Origin: Ginglymostoma cirratum
Taxonomy: Eukaryota
Assembly: GCA_024137785.1 (NCBI GenBank)
Contig: JAHRHZ010000268.1
Coordinates: 11,230,609 to 11,294,608 of the forward strand
Direction: 5' to 3'
Length of the DNA stretch: 64,000 bases
The notes beneath the pieces were generated by a model. It did not search any database. It was not told the origin of the DNA and was given only the letters and a program-made list of their open reading frames with translations. A program made the translations under genes and the position numbers. Positions 1-12,170 of this stretch are shown one piece after another (position 1 is the stretch's first letter; every line of letters starts with the position of its first letter).

Positions 1-990
1 GTCTGTACCATACTGTTCTTTCTTTCATATTGGATGACCTTTCCAAAACGATGATCAATAAACTCTAGCATTTCATGTATGGCTGACTTCTCAATAACAG
101 TGTTCCTGTTTCACAGTAAGTGCTCAATGACCAAAACTAATCCCATTAATTTTTTTTAATACTGACTGTATGGCACTTTCAAAATAAAGTAAAATAAAAT
201 TGGTATGATCAACTGAGGAGAATTAATGTATAGACTTTAGTTTAACTTGTCTGTCTCATCTAGAAAAGAGCAGATTTTCTTCATCTTGTTTAAAATTTGC
301 ACTATTTAAGGCATAGCATTTTTATTAGAAAGCTAAATTAAAATTTAGTATATAGAACATCACAAGCACTGTGGATTTTTAATAACGGCTAATTACTACC
401 TTGAAGACCAGCAACCCAATTTTCCAATTTTAGAAACCATCATTGGCATGATGTCAATGGAATAATCTCTCCTATCAGCCATCTCCAATATCTCCAACAT
501 CCACCACCTCATTCATGCCCTTGTACCCTCAGCACGACCTCCATTCGAGCATATTATCCTCTGGCATGTCTACATGATTTTAAATCCATATTGTCCAAGT
601 GTCTTTCTTCCACAACCATATGACATTGCATGTTAGCTATATTCTCAAACTCTCCTTACTCTCACTTCTTCTCTCCACCACCAAACGGTGGTTTTAATCC
701 TCACATCAACTTTTGTTCTAATTAATTTTTCCATATTCAATTAACAACATAACTAACTTTTATGCTGAAATGATTTAAGTGGAAAGTAGCCAATTTATGA
801 AGAAATGATTCTTGAATATTAATTAGGGGAAAGGAAGGGAAAGGAACATTGTATCTTTATAGAATTACCAGCTGGTATGGGATTCAACTTGCTTACTAGA
901 TTTACATATATCAACATAATTGCAAAATGGCTTGACCCTAATGTATTATGTTGGGTTTGCATCAGTAAATGGTTTACAGTTATAATTGTA

Positions 991-1122
991 TCAGAGATAA
1001 AATATACTACAGATGCTGGAGAATCCGAGATAACAAGGTGTGGGGCTGGATGAACACAGCAGGCCAAGCAGCAGCATAGGAGCAGGAAAGCTTGACGTTT
1101 CGGGCCTAGACCCTTCATCAGA
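991..1122 (-). mobile_element. Penelope-like element terminal fragment with an intact hammerhead motif
   Basis: Same terminus as the GIY-YIG copies at 11485 and 41461. Minus strand reads CTGATGA-AGGGTCTAGGCCC-GAAACGTC. Confidence 0.8.
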
Positions 1123-1124
1123 GG

Positions 1125-1250
1125 TACCGAGGTACCTTTGTACCAAAGATGACGTCAGGAATGGTGACTTTGTGTACTTTTCACTGTACTCCTGCACATC
1201 TGTACTTGAGTTCACATGACAATCAACCTAATTCAAATTCTAATTCTATT
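1125..1250 (+). mobile_element. 3' tail of a LINE-like repeat
   Basis: cttttcactgtactcc...gtacttgag...tgacaat plus short-repeat tail; related copy in reverse near 60850-60950. Confidence 0.4.
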
Positions 1251-3714
1251 CAAGCTTGTCTCATGCAGTGTTTGTGTGATTGTAGTCAATTTTGAAAGAA
1301 ATTGGGATTAAAAAAATGTAATCAATATCATGGTATTGGTAGATCTAATCACGTCCATGGGAAGTTGCTTCATCTACATCTAACGGCTTGGATTTAGAAT
1401 TGGGATTTTGGAATTTGCCAGTTCTGATATTTGGATTTTTTGAGCTTGAATGGAAATATCTGATATGAGTTCTAATTCCTCAGATTTATTGCAGTGTTCC
1501 AATGTGCTGTTGACCAGCCATTTGCCTTCCACCCTCTAAACTTTGGGCAAACCAAAGGTTTGCTGCCCACATGCTAACCCGTACAAATTTCCACTGATGT
1601 ACATTGGCTCAAAAGAGATACTCTGAGATACTTTGTGTTGCCATGGTAAATTGAGGTAGATGTGGTATCTGAAAATGGCAGTCTTTGAGCCATTTGTGAG
1701 TCTTGTGCACTGCACGGCAAACAATGTGATCATGGGAGCCAATATTCTTCAGAATAGCATTGATAGGCTCCATTTCTTTAGCAAGGTGGCAAGATGAGCA
1801 AATGGTTAGGTTCAACTTATGAGATTGCTGATCAGATCTAACCCCATGGTGCATGGAGCTACACAGACCCCAAAGTTTGTTTAATCAGTGAGGGTAACAT
1901 TTGAGAAACATATTAAGCAAACTGTTTTATGCAGGAATTATGGAGTGGCCACCCAACTGGTATTTTCCAGTAACAGAATGCTGTAGGCAGTACAAGAAGA
2001 CATTCTGCCTGCCACACAACTAAGTAATGTAAAGTATGAATTTCAGTGTTGGTACAACTCCAGGTACATAGGCCACATGAAACAGCAATTGGTCGATTGA
2101 ATTATACAGCATGTTCCTTCAGTTCTTCATAATAAGCAAAGTACACACTGTTATTTACCAGTCTGCGCTTGCAGAACCAGAAACAAAATGTCTGTGTTAA
2201 TATGTGATTCAGTGATTGGGTTGCATGATCCTGATTGCACCAATAGCTGCACTAAGAATCAATAAAGGCAAGATCATAATGAGGCTTGTTTGTGCTCGCA
2301 AGAAGGGCTGTGCTTTCAAAGACAGATTGGATGTATTCAAGCCTGATGAATAGTTCTGGAGCTTGTGGTACCTTTTAACTAACTGTTGCTTTCTCTATGG
2401 GAGTAGCTTGGCCAATCCCTGCCAACTTGCCAATCAGTTTACATCATTTTCTTTATAGTATAAATTATTGAGAATGTTTGAAATATGGCATTCTTGTGCT
2501 TGTCATTATCAGGGGTACCACATTTTAGTGGTGAGACTCCACTGGGGTCCTCCCTACCTGTTAGTAAATTGTAAAAAAAAAATATAAATTTGTCTATTCA
2601 AAGAAGAATAGTTAACTACTTTGGTGTCCTAACTAAAAACGTTTCCCAAATGATTTTGTTTTCAGGCTTTGCTATGCATAAATTGGATGCTATTTTTGAT
2701 TCAAAGCATGCCTTGACTTCAGAAGTAATTCGTTTGTTGTGTAGCACTAACCCAAAGAAGCGATTAAGGTGCCATTAAAATGCAGATCCTTTTAATAATA
2801 CTCTTGTGCTGACAGGGCTGTCAACACCACAGGAATGTTTAAGTTTTGAAGCTGGTGATGCAGATTCCAAATCCTTGTACAGATTAAGAGCCATGCTTAT
2901 CCTGTTAAGAATGATATGTGTCAACATAGATGTATTTTAGTACATGTTAAATTATTGCAGTATTTACCACAGTAATATTCTGTAGCAGTAAAACATTGTA
3001 AGGCTTTTGTGTTTCTGAAGAGAGTTATAAATGAAGATGTTGTAAAAAGATTTTAATACCTAAATATTCCCCTCTCTAATGTTTTTAAAAGTGTTGACTG
3101 TTTGATGGAATGTGATTTTGTGAATGCTACATGAGTTCTTGCCAATACCTGTCTGAACTCTGTTAACTCAATATTGACCTCTGTATGGTTCAACTGTTCA
3201 CAGGTGAACTTGTCAACGCTTGAGTCTGAGTTTAGTCAGTTACAGTTATATGGAAGTTGATGTATTATACAGAAATGCTGATAATTCAAGTACAATGGCA
3301 TATTAATTATGTGAAAAAGTGCAGTAATTTTGGTCTAATATGCAAATACTTTTGGAACGTTGGTGCTCTTGTAATTTTGACACTTGACAGTTGGTTGTTT
3401 TAAACTGACCAAGAGTGGATATTTCATGCAATTCAGCAAAGTAGATCTGTTAATGTATCAATCTGGTGAAACTGAACCAGGGTTGAACAACTAAACTGCC
3501 TGACCACACAAAAAGAAGCAAAGATGAACTGATTTGAAGGGAAACTGTTACTGAGTTTGAAATAAGAATCACCACTGAAGCCATTTCTATCTGAGGGGGA
3601 GGTACTGGAGGATAAAGGGAATGGGAGTTGAAATGTGAGTGCAGTGTTTAGCCTAGTCACTGATTCTGATTGATAGCCGCTCTTGTAATTTGTAAAGTAA
3701 TCTGAAGTAATGTA

Positions 3715-3880
3715 ACCATTGTTACCATGACAACATGATTCACTCGTCAGACTGGTTTTATAAGCAATTCCAGTGATTGGTTGGAGGTAACTGGAATCCG
3801 TTGCTTTGATATGCTGTCAAGTCACATGCTTCTTGGGGTGGGGAGTTTCTAGGCTGATAATTAATGTATGACGACTCAAG
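3715..3880 (+). promoter_or_regulatory. Candidate internal promoter for the short NCK1 isoform
   Basis: RFX X-box GTTACCATGACAAC (3721-3734), TGATTCA and CGTCA, inverted CCAAT (ATTGG 3776-3780), E-box GTCACATG (3821-3828), GT-box and kB-like GGGGTGGGGAGTTTCT (3835-3850), all within ~220 bp of the ATG in TE-free sequence. Confidence 0.45.
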
Positions 3881-3939
3881 ATTTCTGTCAGACTTGCATT
3901 TCTGAGCTGAACACAGAGAGGTAAAGGAAAGCAAACAAA

Positions 3940-3973
3940 ATGGAATCAGTTAATATTATCAAGCAGTTCTTTG
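3940..3973 (+). CDS. NCK1: Coding part of putative alternative first exon of the short NCK1 isoform (MESVNIIKQFF-G)
   Basis: Kozak-like AAAATGG, 11 codons plus 1 nt, then donor G|GTAAGT. Phase 1 matches the acceptor at 35381, giving [21 protein letters not shown], similar to recalled human isoform 2 [21 protein letters not shown]. Confidence 0.8.
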
Positions 3974-4554
3974 GTAAGTTACAAGTTTCCAATCAATTGG
4001 TAATCCATGGTCCAGTCAGTTTCATGCTTGCATTTTGCGGAGTCAGTTTAGGTGCACATACCTGATTTAATTTTATGTTTAGTTTTTAATGTCGATCGTG
4101 TTTTATTTCATCTATTTTGTATGTACCAAGTTGTTGGATTTAAAATAGTTAGTGTCCTTTCGGTAGGAAATGAATAGGTGAGTTAATTGATTTGAGCTTA
4201 TTTTACCGCTCTCGTATTGTATTAAGCTATACTAACATATCATCATTCCAATGCTCAAATTTTTGGTACAATTTCCAGTTTCAGACCGGAGTTAAGATTA
4301 CTCTCGTGGCTCCAACAACTTGTTAAATCTTGACTTCAAGTGAAACCTTTTTCTTCCCCATTTCAAGCCACACACTGGCTTTTGGGTTTTTTTTTGTAAG
4401 CAGGGAAAGTTTTGACTGCTGGTCATGATAATGTCATCTGCTGAACACATAATTGGAAGATTTTATGTGTTTGCTTTCTTGCATTTTACATTGCAATAGG
4501 AGGCAAATAAAGTTGGAGAACTGTATTATTTAAGTTTTGTAATAAGTTGGGGAG

Positions 4555-6290
4555 GAGGTGCTGTAGTGCCAGTTATACTGGATGAGTAATACAACGAAAT
4601 GCTCTGTGGATATTGGGCTCAAATTCCACCATGGCAACTGGTGGAATCTACATTAAATTAATAAACTGGAATTAAAGTAGGAAACTATTGTTGTCTGTCA
4701 GGAAAAGCCTATCTAAGCCACTTCCTTCCTTTGGGGAAGGAAGCTTGCCTTTCTTACCTGATCTGATTCCAGTACCACACTGTGGTTAACTCTTAATGGG
4801 CCAGCAAGCCACTCAGTTGTATCAAATTGCTAAAAAATCTAAAAAAAGGAATTAAACTAAACAGACCACCCAGCACTGACATAGGTGTTGAAAGCAAAAA
4901 TGACAAATCCAACCCAGTCAACGCTGCAAAGTGCAACATCTGGAAGTAGCCCCACAATTTGGGAGTGCTATCCCACAGATTAGTTGACCAATAGCCTGAC
5001 ATAGTCATACATAGAAATTCATACATGACAGCCAAGGTCCCAGAAACCAGCCAAGCCACAGGTCATGTTCTGTCTCGTCAGCAGAATGACCACGTCTGAG
5101 GTAGCAGCACAATGGTATACTATCAAGAGGGAGTTGTCCTGAGAGTCTCTGCCTCTGAGCCAGACGAAATGTCATGGTGTTAAGTCCAACATAGGTAAGG
5201 AAATCCGCTGCTGATTACCACCTACCACTTCTCCTTGACTGATGAATCTGTGGTCCTCCATGCTGAACATCAATTGGAAGAGGCCCTGAAGGTGGCAGAG
5301 GCACAGAATGTATTCTGGGTAGAGACTTCAATGCCCATCACCCACAGTAGCTCATTAAAACCACCACTACTGACCAAGCCTTAAAGGACATTTCTTTTTG
5401 ACTGGTCCGCAGTAGGTGGTGCTGGACATACCTACTTGACCTCCTCTTCAGCAACCTACGTGCCACAGATGCACCTTTCCATGACAGTAATGATAGGAGT
5501 TACTACGACACAATCCTTGTGGAGACTAAGTTGTTTGCTACTGTCAATGTACTGAATGGGATAGACTTCAAACAGATTAAGCATCTCAAGACTGGGTATC
5601 CATGAGGCATTATGAGGGCCTGGCCACTCTATGACTGCCATCAAGTGGAGGGACCAGCCCTCATACAATGAAGAGTGTAGGAGGGCATGCTTGGTGCAGC
5701 ACCAGCCATTCATAAAAATTATATACTTGCCTAAAGTTGCAGCACAGGTCTCTGTTGCATGCCAGATAGCGGAAGCCACATGCAACACATGGGGCTAAGC
5801 AATCCCACAACCAACAGATCTAAGCTCTGCAGTCCTGTCACATCCGTTTGTGAATGGTCATGGACAGTTAAACAACTAGCGAGAGGTGGCTTCACAAATA
5901 TCCCATCCTCATGGATGGGGAGCCCAGCACATCAGAGCAAAAGGTAAGGCTGAAGCATTTGCATCCAACTTCAGCCAGAAATGCTAAGTTAATATCCATT
6001 TTCACTTCCTCCTGTGGTCTCCAGTGTCACAAGATGTCAGTAATCAATCGATTTAAGCTACTCCACATGATATTGAGAACATACTGAAGGCACTGGATAC
6101 TGCAAAGACGGTGGGCTCTGATGACCTTCTGCACTGTCCTGAAGACTTATCCTCTAGAAGTAGCCAGCCCCCTAGCCAAGGTTGTTTCAGAATAGCTCCA
6201 TCATTGCCAACTACCCAACAATGTGTAAAATAACCAAAGGAATGTCCTGCTCCCTAAAAGCAGAACAAATAATTGGGCCAATTACCAACC
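4555..6290 (+). mobile_element. SINE-like head followed by a degenerate CR1/L2-group LINE ORF2 fragment
   Basis: tRNA B-box-like head (gctcaaattccaccatggca), then decayed endonuclease/RT-like sequence (gacttcaatgcccatca = DFNAH; aattaccaacc). Confidence 0.5.
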
Positions 6291-8665
6291 TGTGTACTTG
6301 TGATCAACAGCTAATTGACTGAAGTGTTTTTTGACGGTGCTATTAAGCAACATTTGCTGTAAATGCAGAATATTGTTTTGTTTAGCATGACAGAAATTGG
6401 CTTCTTTCTTGCAGATATTTGTATGTGAGTGGACTTTGTTACCATATCTTCAATGTTGAATGCCCTGATTGTATTTACTATTAAGTCACACATGGATAAT
6501 ATTGGTAATGTACCAAGGAGAGGAGCACATTCAAAGGTGTGTTACTTGGCCACAGATAGCCAGAGTGGAATTCTGATTGCTGAATGAAGCAAACTTTTGG
6601 CAACAGATTGTAATTAAAGAGCAGTGAGGGGAAATGTGGATGGGGAGGCAGTCCTAAAAGTGATTGAGTGGGTGCAGTGGATTGGAGCCTGATCTGTTAG
6701 GAGCAGGGAAAATTTAAAAATGGGTAGGGTCAAAGTGGGCTTGCTTTGAGTTGGAGATAATTAGCACTTCTACATTCTATACAACTGAAACTTATCTTTT
6801 TGAAGGGTGGGGTTGGAAGAAGGAGAAGTTAGCATTCTCCCTGTTATTTCAATGAACATTTTTGACTTCAGGAGAGATGAAAGCTTTGGTGAATGAGTAT
6901 GAAAACCAGAAAAACAAAAGAAAACTTGGACTGCATTGAAATCACAAAGGTATTGGAGGGGCTTCTTCTAATAATAAATATGGAAGTAAACTGTTGGAAT
7001 CAGAAAAGCATGGAGTTTTATCTTCAGTCGATGTTGATTTTCTATACTTATCAATGACTACCATGCATCAGGACTAATTAAAAAGTTGTAACCCCAATCT
7101 TTATTCCTGAAAATTGTGCATTATTCACGTTAGTTGAGCACAGGAGTAGATGCAGCCGCGATGCCCTACAATTCAAAAGCCTAGGGAAAGAGTATTGAAA
7201 AGAACACATTGTACGTAAATCTGAAAGGTCTAAAGGGTTAATACTTGATTTGAACTCAATGAATATCACCCACCGTGGTGAAGGCATAAAGACCTGGGGA
7301 GAGAGTAAGTGAGGGTGGCGTTGCTAATAAGCTAGGGATTGATGGGAGAGTGAAGACTAGGGGATTTTATGGGAAGCAAACCTAAGGCTGGGTTCTCTCA
7401 ACAGTATTTGCATTTGTATACTATAATGCAAAGCCAGTTTATAACCTGTAAACAGTTGCTGAGAAGCAATAAACTACATCTTGTACACTCTACAACATTT
7501 GAATTATTGGAACAGCAGATAGCTACCCCCTTACACACTGAACCATGTAAACTGCCAAAGAAAACCCACATTTTTTTTCTTATTCATCTGTGGGATATAA
7601 ATGGTGTTGGCTGGACCAGCATTTATGCTTGTCCCTAGTTGTCCTTGAGAAGATGATGGTGAGCTGCCACCTTGAAACACTATAGTCCATTTGGTATAGG
7701 TAGACCCACAGTGCTGTCGGGGACAAACGACATTCAGAAGATATGGATGGTCATGCATGCAACAGTAGAAAAGTGTTTAAAAACTCTATGTTAGAAATAT
7801 AGAGGTAATGTCAAATTCCCAATTACATAGCATTTTAAGTTTTGCAGAACAGCGTGGGTATTTCTCATTTCAATAATTTAATTTTACTATAGGGCTCCTC
7901 CTTGATTCCGGTGAAAACACATTAAAACTTAAATGAATACTGCATGATATTCCTGAGTTACATTGCTGAGAATAAATTCTGAATGAAGAAATGAAATTCA
8001 TTTTAAGATGCTTTATAAATGTATTTGATTAATGTACACCCAATTCATGAATCATTCAAAAACTCATTTCCCATTCATTATCCTGATGCACTGTATAAAT
8101 AATGATGTTATGTAAGCTCATCCTGTCCTGACTTGCTCTATATGACAGGCCTAGCTGTTTCAGAATGTAGAACTGCACAATTTTTGTTCAGCTTAAAATG
8201 AAGATGTAGACAATGAAGAGAGATGAATATTTGCTAAAATCAAAAGGAAAAGGACTCATTTGGTAAAAGAGAAACTTCTTTACAATCAACTGAAACAAAC
8301 ACAGGATACACCTAGTTTAGTTTAAAATGGCACCAATGACCAGATGTAACGAGCGTGTAAAGAATCTCAAAATGTAATCAGTTCGAATGTGAAAATATTG
8401 CCCAAGGCACCATCTGTCACTGGCAGCAAAATTAATGTGATAGAATGGCTGAAATGTTTACATCCAGTTACTTTTTTAGTGTTTCGATCTGGATTGCACC
8501 AATGTTTCCCCTCAGTTGCCTTGTCACACTGCAGAGCAGTTTTCAGTTTTGTTCTTCTTGGTCACTGTGATTTTTGACTGTGGGCAACTTTTCTTGTTTC
8601 CCAATTCAATGGAGAATAGCATTTTGTTCTTTATAGGTAACTGCAAAATTTAAAATTGATGCATA

Positions 8666-9855
8666 TTGTCCCAACACATTATTGATGATGATGATGAGCA
8701 TCTCGCCAAGATCTTCTTCACGCCTCCACTTGCCTTCAAACAACTGCTAAACCTTAAACAGACCATTGTTTGCAGCAAACTACCCAGCCTTCAAGACAAC
8801 ATCAACCACAACACTATACAACCCTGTCATGGTAACCTCTGCAAGACATGCCGGATTTTCAACGTGGACATTACCATCACACATGGGAACAATACCCACC
8901 ACGTGCATGGCAGATACTCATGTGACTCGGCCAATGTTGTCTATCTCATACGCTGCAGGCAAGGATGCCCCGATGGATGGTATGTTGGCAAAACCATGCA
9001 GACACTATGACAACGGATGAATGGATACGGCACAAAAATTGCCAGACCAAGGATGTTCCCACCAAGTGGGGGAACACTTCAACGGGTCAAGTACATTCGG
9101 CCTCGGATCTTCGGGTAAACCTCTTCCAAAGTGGACTTTGGGATACACAACAATGCAGAATTGCCGAGCAAGAGCTGATAGCCAAGTTCGGTACCCATGA
9201 GGACCGCCTCAATTGGGATCTTGGGTTCATGTCACACTACAGGTGACCCCACCACACTATACACACTCTCTTTCAGATTCTCGTGCGCTCTCTCTGGCTC
9301 AGACGCAGGCACACACTCGTGAATCTGTGGGGTGAAGTTATATTTGCAGATACATTCTATTTTGTTCAAAAAGCACACTATTTATAGACAGTCAGTCAAT
9401 GTGGCATTTTATAAATTCCTACTTTAGAAATAAAACCAGTCTGACTACAAACCAAAACACTAACAGATTGTAAACAAGGTCTAACATCTAACATGGATTG
9501 TCTGGCCTAAAATGTCACCTCTTCTTTACACTGATAGAACCTTTTAGTTCTCTCAAGACAGAATTTGAGGATTTACATGTACATATTAATCAATTAAAAC
9601 TTCTTTTTTTAAACTGATTTAAAGATTTAACAGCGTCTTAGGTTTGTTTGGTTCATCCTCATCAGTGGTGTGATCCTTCGATTTTCTTTTCACTTATAAA
9701 TTCTGTGTCTGATACCACCTCTCTCATTAACACCTGAAGGAGTAAGGCTCCGAAAGCTTGTATTTTCAAATAAACCTGTTGGACTATAAACTGGTATCGT
9801 GTGATTTTTGACCTTGTCCACCCCAGTCCAACACCGGCACCTCCACATCATGGCT
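8666..9855 (+). mobile_element. 5'-truncated Penelope-like retroelement (family B), GIY-YIG C-terminus and 3' repeat
   Basis: Frameshifted ORFs: PPLAFKQ..NLK, CHGNLCKTC, CDSANVVYLIRC...WYVGKT, EQELIAKFGTHEDRLN. The 3' end has a degenerate hammerhead (cacctga-aggag taagg ctcc-gaaagctt). Confidence 0.85.
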
Positions 9856-10077
9856 ACCAAATGTAGTTCTTGTTGGAAAAAGTTAACGCGATAAAGTACT
9901 GTAACTTGTTTGCTAGTACTGAGTTTTTTTGGTGCTTTTTAAACTTTAATCACCCAATCTTGTTTTTAATGTTAGTGATCAGATCCAGAAACATTTGATT
10001 CTAAGCTCCATTAAAGGATAAACTATAATTTTCACATTCATCTAAAATCATATTTGTTGCTGATCATTGCTGCATAG

Positions 10078-10181
10078 TTTATTGTTGGATTACAGGTACA
10101 TAAACTGGTGGAATGATTTATTGTNNNNNNNNNNATGATTTATTGTTGGATTACAGGTACATAAACTGGTGGAATGATTTA
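10078..10181. repeat. 39-bp tandem repeat spanning a 10-N assembly gap (10125-10134)
   Basis: Unit tttattgttggattacaggtacataaactggtggaatga at 10078-10116 and 10139-10177, with partial units next to the Ns. Confidence 0.85.
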
Positions 10182-10449
10182 AATCTATTTTAGTACTAAA
10201 GTAACACAGTGCTAAGAAAATAATTTAATCATTAGGTTTAAGATAATATGTACTTAAAAGAAATGATGAAATATTGGTATGTGAAATCCGTGTACCCAAT
10301 GTGCTAGGTTCGAGATTGCAAGTGAACCAACGTTTATAATGATGAATTAAAGTATCATAGCTATACATCAGCGTAAATACAGCCAATCAACTTCAGACAG
10401 GAAACTGTGAATATTAAGTAGATTCCAGATGTGGAGAAAGGAAACCCCT

Positions 10450-10700
10450 TCATGAATTGAAGGGGTTCTTATGAAGAGAGATGGGAAAGGTTGGATCCTT
10501 ATCCATTTGTGTTTAGAAGAATGAAAGCTGGTCTTATTGAGACATATAAGACCCTGAGGGGAATAAATAGAATGGATGCTGAAGGAAAGTTTTCCACTAG
10601 AGAGACTAGAACTCAGGATCAATTTTTTTTTAAATGAAGTATCTCCTGTTTGAAATGAGATTTATTTTCTGATGGTAGTCAGTCTGTGGAATTCACTTGT
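10450..10700 (+). mobile_element. CR1 LINE fragment
   Basis: ttagaagaatga...cttattgagacatataag...gagactagaact, typical of the CR1 ORF2 end. Confidence 0.6.
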
Positions 10701-10816
10701 GTGTGCTGTCATGTGTATTTTCTAAGTGGGTGTGTTCTATAAAGGGCTGACATGGTCCAGTGTGTGGAATGCTGGCCACCTCCGAGTCTAACAAAAAGAG
10801 TCTTGAAACATAAATA

Positions 10817-11038
10817 TGAAATAACTCCACAGAGATATCCTGTCACCTCTTGCTTACACAAGGAAGGTCCTTGACATTGATCCAGCTCCCTCAGCACCAG
10901 CTGTCTGAGTGAACAGAACCTCTGACACACCTGTTTATATCTGTCAGCCAGGACTCCCTGATTGGGGCTGTTAATCTGGTCCAATCAGGGAACTCATTCT
11001 GTGAGGTCCACCTGGCTGACCTTGTTACAATCGTTACA
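10817..11038 (-). mobile_element. Solo LTR
   Basis: Reverse-complement homolog of 39751-39975; TG...CA termini; imperfect 5-bp flanks aaata/gaata. Confidence 0.65.
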
Positions 11039-11484
11039 GAATAAAGTGTAGTTTATTGCGAATCACCACTCACAAGAATAGGCTCTATATTAGCATAGTG
11101 CAGACCTAACCTTGTGTCTGCCTTCCACGAGATCCTACTTCATTCTCCCACAAACTACTTAGCACCATCCACTTTGATGTTTTCCTAATTGCACTCAACC
11201 AATCATTAATCCTTTTGGACCCATATTCAACAGTTATGATGTAACCAGGCAGAACTGACATGGCTTTGTGAAAGACAGATCAATGTCCATGACCTTTTTG
11301 AGGAAGCTATGTTCATGTAGATGGAAGGGGACTGGTTAGTGATGTACAGATTTCTAAAAGGCATTTTATAAGGTGCCATATCAAAGGTTGCTGCACAAGA
11401 TAAGAACACACAGTCTAGAGGTAACATATCAGCATGATTACAGAATTAGTTAACTAACTGAAAGCAGACAGTAGGAATCAATTG

Positions 11485-12170
11485 TATCAGAGATATCGTA
11501 CCCGTTGTGGCTTCCTCTACATCGGGGAAACCAAGCGGAGGCTTGGGGACTGCTTTGCAGAACACCTGCGCTCAGTTCGCAACAAACAACTGCACCTCCC
11601 AGTCGCGAACCATTTCAACTCCCCCTCCCATTCCTCAGATGACATGTCCATCCTGGGCCTCCTGCAATGCCACAGTGATGCCACCCGAAGGCTGCAGGAA
11701 CAGCAAATCATATTCAGCCTGGGAACCCTGCAGCCCAATGGCATCAATGTGGATTTCACAGCTTCAAAATCTCCCCTCCCCCAACCGCATCCCAAAACCA
11801 GCCCAGCTCATCTCCACCTCCCTAACCTGTTTTTCCTCTCACCTCAAGCCACACCCCCATCTCCTATCTACTAACATCATCCCGCCCCCTTGACCTGTCC
11901 GTCCTCCCTGGACTGACCTATCTCCTCCCTACCCCCCCACCTACACTCACCTTTACTGGCTCCATCCCCGCCTCTTCGACTTGTCTGCCTCCTCTCCACC
12001 TATCCTCTCCTCTATCCATCCTCTATCCACCTCCCCCTCTCTCCCTATTTATTTCAGAACCCTCTTCCCCTCCCCCATTTCTGATGAAGGGTTTAGGCCC
12101 GAAACGTCAAGTTTTCCTGCTCCTATGATGCTGCTTGACCTGCTGTGTTCATCCAGGCCCATGCTTGTTA
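11485..12170 (+). mobile_element. 5'-truncated Penelope-like retroelement (family A) with 15-bp TSD
   Basis: GIY-YIG ORF CGFLYIGETKRRLGDCFAEH...VANHFN...LGTLQPNGIN; TSD agtaggaatcaattg at 11470-11484 and 12171-12185. Confidence 0.9.
12078..12112 (+). ncRNA. Minimal type I hammerhead ribozyme motif (Penelope-borne)
   Basis: CUGAUGA, stem II (GGG UUUAGG CCC), GAAA, palindromic ACGU stem III and GUC cleavage triplet. Confidence 0.7.

Noticed and set aside
10078-10181. CRISPR-like repeat-spacer array
   Set aside because: Eukaryotic DNA; contiguous tandem units at an assembly gap with no spacers.
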